Assembly (NCBI GenBank): GCA_038209745.1
Contig: JBBQXJ010000084.1
Location: 1 to 20,338, forward strand
Length of the DNA stretch: 20,338 nt
Direction of reading: 5' to 3'
Source: Verrucomicrobiota bacterium
GTDB taxonomy: Bacteria > Verrucomicrobiota > Verrucomicrobiia > Limisphaerales > CANJSG01
The position numbers and the translations under genes were made by a program. Position 1 is the stretch's first letter; each line of letters begins with the position of its first letter. The notes under the pieces are model-generated. The model was not told where the DNA came from, did not search any database, and saw nothing but the letters and a program-made list of their open reading frames with translations. This document shows, piece by piece, positions 1 through 7,721 of this stretch.

Positions 1-206
1 TTGTAGACCAAACGGTGTTCGTCGGTGATCCGGCGGGACCAGTAGCCGGCCAAGGCGTGGCGCAGAGGTTCGGGTTTTCCGAGACCCTCGGAGGGGTTTC
101 GGGCGGCGTCCTTGATCAAGAGATTGATCCGTTTGAGAACCTTGCGGTCCTTTGCCAGCCAGAACTGGTAGTCCTCCCAAGCCTGGGCCGAGAAGACGAG
201 GTTCAT
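1..206 (-). CDS. yoeB: Txe/YoeB family toxin (3' end runs off the window)
   Basis: Not in the ORF track. Manual translation from ATG 206: MNLVFSAQAWEDYQFWLAKDRKVLKRINLLIKDAARNPSEGLGKPEPLRHALAGYWSRRITDEHRLVY, with the YoeB motifs GKPEPL and WSRRI..EHRLVY. The ATG overlaps the yefM stop (ATGA). Confidence 0.95.
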   Translation of the reverse strand, partial: MNLVFSAQAWEDYQFWLAKDRKVLKRINLLIKDAARNPSEGLGKPEPLRHALAGYWSRRITDEHRLVY

Positions 207-460
207 GACTCGAGATCGACCTTGCGGACCTTTCCTTTCCCGGCTTCCAGCGCGCTGACCGAGTCCATCAGCCGCTTGGCGTTCACCGGAGACCGCAGCA
301 GGTGCGCGGTTTCTTCCAGCGCTTCGAACTCCTCCAAGGACAGCATCACCACGGATTGGTCCCGGTTTCGGGTGATGATCACCGGGGCTCGATCCGAACA
401 GACCTGGTCCATCGTCGAGGCCAGGTTCTCCCGGGCCGCCGTATAGGTGATCGCCTTCAT
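203..460 (-). CDS. yefM: Phd/YefM family antitoxin
   Basis: 85 aa, MKAITYTAARENLASTMDQV...PVIITR...VVMLSLEEFEALEETAHLLRSPVNAKRL, a typical YefM directly upstream of yoeB. Confidence 0.96.
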   Translation of the reverse strand: MKAITYTAARENLASTMDQVCSDRAPVIITRNRDQSVVMLSLEEFEALEETAHLLRSPVNAKRLMDSVSALEAGKGKVRKVDLES

Positions 461-461
461 A

Positions 462-497
462 TGGACAGCAACCTGTCCAGTTCCGGTTGGATGTCAA
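462..497 (-). promoter_or_regulatory. yefM-yoeB promoter with palindromic operator
   Basis: Perfect TTGACA on the minus strand (497-492). Inverted repeat TGGACAG-caac-CTGTCCA (462-479) covers the expected -10/+1 region; the -10 itself is poor. Confidence 0.65.
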
Positions 498-596
498 TTC
501 TGGTGCGGAGCTCTTGGGCTGCGGTGGTGCCCAAGGCTTGGGGGAGGACGTTCGCAGAGCAGACTGGCCCGAAGTCTGAGCGCAGACTCCGGACGC

Positions 597-2003
597 TCAC
601 TTCGTCTCGCGCACGATCTTCAGCGCGCACTCGTTCAGATCATCGGGAATCCGGAAATGCACGGCACCTCCGGGATGGACGAGCGGCGGCGGTGTCACTT
701 CTCGGCCGTTGACCACATCGAGCCAAAGGACGCGGTAGTTGCCCTTCGGCAGATCGAGGGTGAAGGCAAACTTCGGCGCGCCCCTGAAGTAGGCGGCGTA
801 TTGTCGGCCGGTCTCCGCGAGCACCTGGCAGCGGGCGTCTTTCGGCAACGGTTCGCGGATGAGGTTGCGCGCGGGCTTCATCTTCACGAACTCGAAGCCG
901 TGGATGAAGTCCTTCAGCCGCTTGATCTGTTTGCGGAAGCCGGGATTGCCGCCGCCGGGTTGATCGGGCGGATATTGGAAAGTGCCGTCCTCGTGGCCGA
1001 CGGTGAACGAGTAGTCGAGGTTGTTGTAGAGACCGCCGCCGGCGAGGATGAACTCCCACGCTTCCATCCGATAATGGTCGTCCCCCGTGCCTTTGAAGCC
1101 GGTCTCGTTGTCGCCGATCACTTTGTTGAGGCCGTAGTTCAGGCCCACCGTCTCGGGCGGGTTGGCGTAGTGGAAGTTGAAGACCGAGACGGCCGGGTGC
1201 GGCTGCTCGATTTTCTTGGAGCCGTTCGCGATGTTCTGGGTGATGAGATGGCGATGCCGGAAACCCTTTTCCGCGTCGGTGATGACGTCCGCGATGTGGT
1301 GCTGCCATTCCAGGGTCACGCCGCCGAAATACGGTTCGTTGCAGATCTCGTAGCAGAGGTTTTCTGCGTCGCGCAGCTCGGCGACGATCTTCCTTACGAG
1401 TGCTTCCTGCACCGCGAGCAGGCCACCGTTCTTGTCCAAGGTATGGACGTCGTTCCGGCCGATCGCGCCGACGCCGTTGACGTTGTTGGCCGCGTTCATC
1501 GGGCTGAGCTTCCACTGGCTGTCCTCGTACATCGGGCAGAAGAGCGTGAACTCGACGACGACTCCGCGCCGACCCGCCTGGGCGACGAAGTCCTTGAGCC
1601 GCGCGAAGTAGGCCGGATCCCATTTCTGGAGATCGAACTTGTTCCCGCCGTTCGCGTAGCCCGCCTGGGCGCTCCGTGCCCACGGACTCAGCAAGCGCCC
1701 TTCCTTCGGCGCGAGCGTGTTCTCGGCGATGTTGAAGGCGCTCTGCGGCTCGGCATACGCGCCGCTGAACGTGCGGGTCAGGTTCAGTCCATCCGCTGCC
1801 AGCGCGTTGAGATACCGGACGTAGTCAAAGTCCGGATTGAGCACGGCACCGTAGTGCTCGCCGGAGGTGATGAGCACGGTCGGTTTGTCGTGGAAGCGGA
1901 AGTAGTGCGGGTTCTCCGGATGCAGGGAAATGGGCGCGGCGTGGAGGGCCGTCTGGGCGACGGCGACAAGCAGAAGACTTATGAGTGGTTTCATGGTTCG
2001 CAT
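597..2003 (-). CDS. Secreted putative glycoside hydrolase (clan GH-A/GH5-like TIM barrel plus C-terminal beta-sandwich)
   Basis: Signal peptide MKPLISLLLVAVAQTALHA (start may be ATG 1994), YEICNEP acid/base-like motif, FNFHY, GDNETG candidate nucleophile, beta-rich C-terminus. Substrate unknown. Confidence 0.75.
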   Translation of the reverse strand: MRTMKPLISLLLVAVAQTALHAAPISLHPENPHYFRFHDKPTVLITSGEHYGAVLNPDFDYVRYLNALAADGLNLTRTFSGAYAEPQSAFNIAENTLAPKEGRLLSPWARSAQAGYANGGNKFDLQKWDPAYFARLKDFVAQAGRRGVVVEFTLFCPMYEDSQWKLSPMNAANNVNGVGAIGRNDVHTLDKNGGLLAVQEALVRKIVAELRDAENLCYEICNEPYFGGVTLEWQHHIADVITDAEKGFRHRHLITQNIANGSKKIEQPHPAVSVFNFHYANPPETVGLNYGLNKVIGDNETGFKGTGDDHYRMEAWEFILAGGGLYNNLDYSFTVGHEDGTFQYPPDQPGGGNPGFRKQIKRLKDFIHGFEFVKMKPARNLIREPLPKDARCQVLAETGRQYAAYFRGAPKFAFTLDLPKGNYRVLWLDVVNGREVTPPPLVHPGGAVHFRIPDDLNECALKIVRETK

Positions 2004-2221
2004 CGTTTCAGCTCTGGAGAAAGAGGCATGGCTGGGTGCAATCCGGCCCCGCCCGGGGAACGCGCTGCCAGCAACCAGCTGACTCGATCGAACCGGAGTG
2101 AGCGCCTGGCGGGGGGACCCAGCCTACCGGGCGCAGGCCCGGTTCTGCGACCTGGCGCGGGCCACATCGACAGACGCCGGATGGATCCCGTCAGCGATTT
2201 CCACGGTTGAAGCCGGGTCCC

Positions 2222-2731
2222 TCACCACGTTCCGTCGGTCACGGCGGCGGTGATGTTGTGGGCGAGGTCGGCGGCGAGCAGGGGCACGGCTTGGCGTTCG
2301 GCGCTGGCCAGGTCGGCACCCACCCGGATGCTGGTGCGGCCGAAGACGGTGCGGGTGAAGTTGGTCTTGCCGGAGGAACGGTCTATGGCGGACACGTCGG
2401 CGAAGAGCTCCAGAGAGTAGTCCTGCACGGTAAGAGTGTCGTTCGCCCGGTAGGCGAGCTGGTTGCGTCTGAAGCGGGTGATGACGCCCGTGACGATGAC
2501 GTCGCCATCGCCCGAGGTTTCGAGGCGATAGGTGCCGTCTTGTTGAAGGGAGCGGCGCAACGAAGTGGACACGGCTTCGATCAGGCGCGGCTCCAGGGTG
2601 GCGTTGATGAAGGGGCGCACGGAGATCGAGCGCGCGCCGGCCTCGACCCCGTTCGACGGACCGAGGCGATAGCCGGCGCAGCCGACGAGGGCCAGACCGG
2701 AAACAGCAAAGAGGAGGGCGGCGGCGCGCAT
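2222..2731 (-). CDS. lptE: LptE-family LPS assembly lipoprotein
   Basis: Lipobox LVGC followed by AGYRLG; ISVRPFINATLEPRL; 169 aa; 2 nt downstream of bamD. Confidence 0.8.
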   Translation of the reverse strand: MRAAALLFAVSGLALVGCAGYRLGPSNGVEAGARSISVRPFINATLEPRLIEAVSTSLRRSLQQDGTYRLETSGDGDVIVTGVITRFRRNQLAYRANDTLTVQDYSLELFADVSAIDRSSGKTNFTRTVFGRTSIRVGADLASAERQAVPLLAADLAHNITAAVTDGTW

Positions 2732-2733
2732 GG

Positions 2734-3744
2734 TTACTTGACGGGTTCGGCAGCGGCGGGCGCCGGGGTGGCGGGTCGCTTCTGCTTGATCTGCTCGATC
2801 TTCGACCGCGCTAGGGAGGCATACTTCGACTGGGGATCACGCAGGATGGCTTCGTTGTAGTAGATCAGGGCGCCGTCCCAGTGCTTGTGCTTCTCGTAAT
2901 ACTTGGCCGTCGCAAACGCGCCCTTGGCCTGTTCGGCCCGGAGCGTCGCGATGAGCGTGCGCGCTTCGTTCACGCGGGCGTCGTTCGGAAAAATGGTGAC
3001 GAAGTCGGAGAAGGTGTTGATGGCGTCGCCGGCGATGTTCTGGTCGTAGTCCGCGGTGCGGGCCTGTTTCTGGTAGGCGAGGCCGGCCTTGAACAGCGCG
3101 TCGGCGGAGACGGTCGGCATGTCGCGGTAGCGGTCGGCGGCGCGGAGGTAGGCCTTCACCGCCAGCGGGTATTCCTTCTGCTTCTCGCGAGCGGTCCCGA
3201 TGTTCATCTGGGACGTCGGGGCGACGCTGCTGTAGGGACCGTTGCCGACGATCTTCGCATACATGTCCGCCGTCTTGTCCATGCTGGGGAAGAAGGGGAT
3301 GTAGCCCCAAAGCTTGAACCACTGGCCGCCGAGGAAGCGGTTGGCGATCTCGAACTGGCGCTGGAGGATCTCTTTCTGGTTCTCGAGCCTGGGATATTTG
3401 GTGAGGGCTTTCTGGTATTCGTTGAAGGCGCGCTCATCCTGCTTCTTCGCCTCGTAGGCGCGGCCGACGATGTATTGCGCCTGGGGGGCGAAATCGGAGA
3501 GGGGCCACGCGCTGACCACGCGGCGGGCGGACTTCAACGCGAGGCTGTAGTTTCCGCCGTCGAGCGCCTTTTGGGCGATCTCGAGCTGGTCCTTGGCCCG
3601 GTTGCGGCGCCACGAGCCTTCGCCTCCGTAGGTTTCGTAGGTCCAGCCTTCGCCCGGGCGATAGATGAGGGGGGCGGGCGACCGAAACGGGGTCACCATC
3701 AGCAGCAGCAAAGCCAGAGCCACGCGCACAGTCCAGCGGTTCAT
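2734..3744 (-). CDS. bamD: Outer membrane protein assembly factor BamD-like TPR protein
   Basis: TPR-like helices, DYDQ..A.DAI..F..F...FP, AKYYEK...W.GA.IYY; N-terminal signal peptide. ATG 3744 is preferred over the track's TTG 3762 because of promoter position. Confidence 0.85.
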   Translation of the reverse strand: MNRWTVRVALALLLLMVTPFRSPAPLIYRPGEGWTYETYGGEGSWRRNRAKDQLEIAQKALDGGNYSLALKSARRVVSAWPLSDFAPQAQYIVGRAYEAKKQDERAFNEYQKALTKYPRLENQKEILQRQFEIANRFLGGQWFKLWGYIPFFPSMDKTADMYAKIVGNGPYSSVAPTSQMNIGTAREKQKEYPLAVKAYLRAADRYRDMPTVSADALFKAGLAYQKQARTADYDQNIAGDAINTFSDFVTIFPNDARVNEARTLIATLRAEQAKGAFATAKYYEKHKHWDGALIYYNEAILRDPQSKYASLARSKIEQIKQKRPATPAPAAAEPVK

Positions 3745-3751
3745 TGGCCGG

Positions 3752-3781
3752 ACGGTAGTCAACGCCTTTGGCGGGGGTCAA
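3752..3781 (-). promoter_or_regulatory. Putative sigma70-type promoter for bamD-lptE
   Basis: TTGACC (3781-3776), 18 nt, TACCGT (3757-3752), 7 nt, ATG. Confidence 0.55.
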
Positions 3782-3853
3782 CTGGGGTTTCGGACCGATT
3801 GCGCCGCGCGACGGGGCGGCGCGGTGATTTCGGCGATTCCCGGCACTGCACCC

Positions 3854-3883
3854 TTGCACGCCGTGTCGTTCGGATCCTACCGT
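3854..3883 (+). promoter_or_regulatory. Putative sigma70-type promoter for GST-phoH
   Basis: TTGCAC (3854-3859), 18 nt, TACCGT (3878-3883); same -10 and spacing as the divergent bamD promoter. Confidence 0.5.
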
Positions 3884-3971
3884 CCCGCCGTGCCTGAAAT
3901 GGTGATCCACCATGGTGTCATGGACCGAGCCCTCGGTCGGCACTCCCCGTCAGCTCACCTCCCCCCGACGA

Positions 3972-4640
3972 ATGATCGATTTGATCCAGTTTCCCTGGAG
4001 CCCGTTCTGCCTCGTGCAACGGCGCATCCTGGAATTCGGCCGGGTGGCCTTCAAGGTGACCGACATCCCGAGCACCGACCGGTCGCTCGTGTGGCGGGTC
4101 ACCGGCGGCCAATGTTACGGGGTGCCCGTCGTGCGCGACGGACGGCGGGTTGTCTTTGAGTCCGGCGACGATTCGCAGGACATCGCCCGCCATCTCGACG
4201 CGCGTTTCTCGCTGGGTCTCTTCCCGGTGGAATGGGACGGCGTGCAGGAGATTCTCTGGCGCCACATCGAGAGCGAGATCGAGGGTCTCACCTTCCGCCT
4301 GAGCGACATCTACTGGGAGGAGCGCGTCCCGCCGGCGGAGGCCTGCGCCTTTCTGCGGCACAAGGAGCGCAAGTTCGGCCCGGGCTGCATCGACCAATGG
4401 CGCGCCGACGAGAAGCCGATGCTGAAGCGGCTCGCCCTGAAGCTGGAAGATTTTGAGCGCATGCTCGTGGCCCGTCCCTACTTGCTGGATGAACGCCCGC
4501 GCTTTGTCGATTTCGACCTCTGGGGCATGCTCGCCGAGCTGGAGGTCGTCGGTCACCACGACCTGCCCCGCCAACACAAGCGGCTCGCCCGCTGGTTCAA
4601 ACGCATGTCCACGATCCAACTGCCCGATCTCTCCGCGTGA
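3972..4640 (+). CDS. Glutathione S-transferase family protein
   Basis: MIDLIQFPWSPFC, cis-Pro GVPVV, ES..DSQDIARHLD, C-terminal YLL...P.FVDFDLWG. Start placed at ATG 3972, where the GST fold begins. Confidence 0.85.
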   Translation: MIDLIQFPWSPFCLVQRRILEFGRVAFKVTDIPSTDRSLVWRVTGGQCYGVPVVRDGRRVVFESGDDSQDIARHLDARFSLGLFPVEWDGVQEILWRHIESEIEGLTFRLSDIYWEERVPPAEACAFLRHKERKFGPGCIDQWRADEKPMLKRLALKLEDFERMLVARPYLLDERPRFVDFDLWGMLAELEVVGHHDLPRQHKRLARWFKRMSTIQLPDLSA

Positions 4641-5956
4641 AAAACTTCGTTCTCGATACCAACGTCCTCCTCCACGACCCCAACTCGATCCTCAACTTCG
4701 CGGCAAACCACGTCCTCATCCCCATCGAAGTCATCGAGGAAGTGGACCGGTTCAAGCGCGAGTCGTCCGAACTGGGACAGAACGCCCGCGCCATCGCCCG
4801 GCTGCTCGACAAGCTCCGCGAGCAGGGGAAGCTCAGCGTCGGCGTCACCCTCCCGAACGGCGGCAAACTCCGGATCGTCACCGACTCCGAGCCGCCCAGG
4901 GAAAGCGGGTCGAAGGCCGAGGCCAACGGCCCCATGACGGTGGACAACCTCATCATCCACCGTGCGCTCGATCTGAAGAAGGAGTCGCCCAAGATCCCCA
5001 CGATTCTCGTCTCCAAGGACATCAACCTCCGCATCAAGGCCGACGCGCTGGGTCTTTTGGCCGAGGACTACGAGAATGACCGCGTCAACCTCAGCGATCT
5101 GTATTCCGGGGTGCGGGAATTGCTCGTGCACCACGAAGCCGTCGCCAAGTTCCGCTCCTCCGGCGAGATGGAACTCCCGGCCGCCTCGATCTTCTACGCG
5201 AACGAATATCTTTCCCTCATCGACGAGGTGAACCCCAAGAAAACCGTCCTGGCCCGCGTCGACGCCTCCGGGAAACGCGCCATGGCGATCCTCGACGTCC
5301 GCGAAGGCGTCTGGGGCATCCGCCCGCGGAACCGCGAACAGCACTTCGCCCTCGACGCCCTGCTCGACGACCGCATCAAGCTCGTCACCCTCATGGGCAA
5401 GGCCGGCACCGGCAAGACGCTCATCGCCATGGCCGCCGGATTGAAACGGACCGTCACCGACCGCGAGTTCCGCCGCGTGGTCGTGGCCCGTCCCACCGTT
5501 TCCATGGGCCGCGAGATCGGGTTTCTTCCGGGTTCACTGGAGGAAAAGCTCGGCCCCTGGATGCAGCCAATCCACGACGCTCTCGAGATGTTGAGCGACC
5601 TGAACATGGGCCACGAACACCGCCGTTCGACCGACCTGATGCGCTCCGGGATGATCGTCGTCGAGGCCCTCAGCTACATCCGTGGCCGCAGCATCGCCAA
5701 CCAGTTCATGATCATCGACGAGGCGCAGAATCTCACCCCGCTGGAGGTCAAGACCATCGTCACCCGCGTTGGCAGCGGCACCAAGATCGTCTTCACCGGC
5801 GATCCCTACCAGATCGACAATCCCTACGTGGATTCCCAGTCGAACGGGTTCAACTTCCTCATCAGCAAGTTCAGGGGCCAGCCGCTTGCCGCCCATGTCG
5901 AACTGCAGAAGGGCGAACGCTCCGAACTCGCCGAAGTCGCCGCGAATCTGCTCTGA
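4637..5956 (+). CDS. phoH: PIN domain-PhoH family ATPase (PhoH2/YlaK-like)
   Basis: PIN motifs VLDTNVLLHDP and SKDINLRIKA; Walker A GKAGTGKT; IGFLPG, YIRGRS, IIDEAQN, GDPYQID. GTG start overlaps the GST stop (GTGA). Confidence 0.93.
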   Translation: MKNFVLDTNVLLHDPNSILNFAANHVLIPIEVIEEVDRFKRESSELGQNARAIARLLDKLREQGKLSVGVTLPNGGKLRIVTDSEPPRESGSKAEANGPMTVDNLIIHRALDLKKESPKIPTILVSKDINLRIKADALGLLAEDYENDRVNLSDLYSGVRELLVHHEAVAKFRSSGEMELPAASIFYANEYLSLIDEVNPKKTVLARVDASGKRAMAILDVREGVWGIRPRNREQHFALDALLDDRIKLVTLMGKAGTGKTLIAMAAGLKRTVTDREFRRVVVARPTVSMGREIGFLPGSLEEKLGPWMQPIHDALEMLSDLNMGHEHRRSTDLMRSGMIVVEALSYIRGRSIANQFMIIDEAQNLTPLEVKTIVTRVGSGTKIVFTGDPYQIDNPYVDSQSNGFNFLISKFRGQPLAAHVELQKGERSELAEVAANLL

Positions 5957-6153
5957 GCCGGAACGAGGTACTGGAAATGAACGGGGATCGCAGGCGCCCC
6001 GGATGCCGTCAGGAGCGTCCTGCGCCGGACCCGGACCCGTCCCCGGACACACCCGGCGGTCAATCGTTTCCTGCGCCTCCAGTGGATCGCGAGGGCGCGG
6101 TCCACTGCGCCCGGGGCGGGCACGCTCCCCCACCCCCACAGCTTCGTTCCTGC
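5957..6153 (+). mobile_element. MITE/REPIN-like palindromic element, copy 1 (197 bp)
   Basis: Ends GCCGGAACGA...TCGTTCCTGC (9/10 inverted), flanked by direct TGA at 5954-5956 and 6154-6156. Colinear similarity over its whole length to the reverse complement of 7094-7285. Confidence 0.8.
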
Positions 6154-6182
6154 TGAGCCGACAGCACCCGAACCGCCTTCGC

Positions 6183-7304
6183 TCAAAAGTCGATCAGCTC
6201 CAAATCGTCCAGCCAGAGCCTCATCGGTCCCACCCCGGTGAATTCGACGATCACCCGGTCCAACGCGCCGACAGGAAACCCTTTCAACTCGGCGAAACGG
6301 AAGAACCTCCGGGTCCAGTCGGGTCCGGCCGACACGGCTTCCGGGAAGATCGCCGTCACTTGGCGGTCCGTCCCGGCATCCGCCAGGGTCTCGATGCGGA
6401 CGATTCCATTGGTCGAATCGCTCCGCATCCACAGCGCGAATCCGGTGGCTCCGCCCGCTCCCGCACGAATGCCCCGCACCCGGGACGTGGCGACCGAGGC
6501 GGAGCGTAGGCCAGCGGGAATCTCCAGCAGCAACGCGTGCCCACTGCTCCGCCCACCCGCCACTCGCTGCACGGCGGCCCGTTCGTCCGACGACCTCCAG
6601 TTCCAGCTCCCTTCCTCGAATCCTTCCAGAAAAGTCGGCGGCGGCGCGGTCGGACTGGTCAGCTTGGTTTCGCGCGGACGACAGAGCCGCGCCGCCGAGG
6701 CGTTCGTTCGCCCGTCGGCGGCCACGATGGCGGCGAAATAGACGATGGGCTCGTCGAGATCCACCACGGGTAGGACCGCCTGCCAATGGGGCCCATGGGG
6801 GACCGCTGCGAGCTTCGACCAGTCCCGGGCCGGCCAATGCCCGGGACCCTCGGGGCTGAACCAAACGGCGGCGGAAAGGTCGTTCGTTCCATCAGAGCGC
6901 CAAGAGACGACCAAGCGCGAGCCGTCGGACGTGGCCGAAAGATCGACGAAAGGGTGATCGCCGACGGTCGAACCCGCTTCCTTTGGCCGGTCCAGCCGAT
7001 CCGCGACCCACTCGTCTGCCGGTGGCTCCGCACCTCGGGCCACGCTGCCCAGCAGCAACAGCCCCCACCCCAGCAACACGTTCCACCGTCTTAGCCGGAA
7101 CGATGCAGTTGGAATGGGGAGCGCGCCCGCCCCGGGCGCTGTGGACCGCGCCCTCGCGGTCCACAGGAGGTGCCCGAACCCATTCACCGGAGGGTGTATC
7201 CGGGCGCGCCCGGGTCCGGCGCGAGGCGCGCCGGACGGCAGCCGGGGCGGCTGCCGTCCCCGTGTTTCAACTGCATCGTTCCGGATTTGGGTCGTTGGTC
7301 TCAC
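6183..7304 (-). CDS. Secreted hypothetical protein with C-terminal carbohydrate-binding-like domain; start uncertain
   Basis: Signal-like LRRWNVLLGWGLLLLGSVARG-AE; C-terminal GFALWMRS...WTRRFFRFAEL...LWLDDLELI resembles galactose-binding-like CBM folds. Start inferred at GTG 7304, with the MITE read through in frame. Confidence 0.6.
   Translation of the reverse strand: MRPTTQIRNDAVETRGRQPPRLPSGAPRAGPGRARIHPPVNGFGHLLWTARARSTAPGAGALPIPTASFRLRRWNVLLGWGLLLLGSVARGAEPPADEWVADRLDRPKEAGSTVGDHPFVDLSATSDGSRLVVSWRSDGTNDLSAAVWFSPEGPGHWPARDWSKLAAVPHGPHWQAVLPVVDLDEPIVYFAAIVAADGRTNASAARLCRPRETKLTSPTAPPPTFLEGFEEGSWNWRSSDERAAVQRVAGGRSSGHALLLEIPAGLRSASVATSRVRGIRAGAGGATGFALWMRSDSTNGIVRIETLADAGTDRQVTAIFPEAVSAGPDWTRRFFRFAELKGFPVGALDRVIVEFTGVGPMRLWLDDLELIDF
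7094..7285 (-). mobile_element. MITE/REPIN-like palindromic element, copy 2 (192 bp)
   Basis: Perfect 17-bp terminal inverted repeat CCGGAACGATGCAGTTG (7095-7111) / CAACTGCATCGTTCCGG (7268-7284). Four internal perfect hairpins plus a 14-bp palindrome; left flank C-TTA-G. Confidence 0.85.
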
Positions 7305-7721
7305 GAACACCCCGCGACACTGCCGCATCGGCCGACGAGGACAATCATCGCCTCTCTTCAAGATAGAAAAAACCATCACAGGATCTAGTTGTAGCACAAA
7401 CTACTACATCGACCGGTTTGCTGTGCGTGAAAACGGTCATGGCACGGAGAGGAATCTGTCTGGCAAGTTTCGCCGTCACCTTGAATCGATGAAGAAGCAT
7501 CGGCCGGTCCTGTCGGCATCCATCCGGGGCACGCTGAAACCATGATCAACCAAACCCAACAAACCGGCGCGGAACGAAGCCACCGCTCGCGGCCGGAGAT
7601 CGCAGAGAGATCCTCCGGTGAGGGTCTGCTGGGTCCGGTCGACCTCCGTTTTGTCCCCTGTTTCGGTGCTACCATTTAATCCATTGCTCGGTAACCTCTT
7701 TCCAGATCCCAACCAAGAACC

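Noticed and set aside
447..2210. 587-aa plus-strand ORF and similar long shadow ORFs (2881-3897, 4553-5344, 11455-13035, 13135-14328, 17354-18607, 18737-19651)
   Set aside because: They are antisense to well-supported genes and have no recognisable motifs; long shadow frames are expected at high GC.
7377..7414. NrdR-box-like CACAGGATCTAGT
   Set aside because: There is only one passable copy, and no ribonucleotide reductase gene is adjacent.
7440..7476. Sigma54 promoter at TGGCACG or TGGCAAG
   Set aside because: There is no TTGC -12 element at the required spacing.
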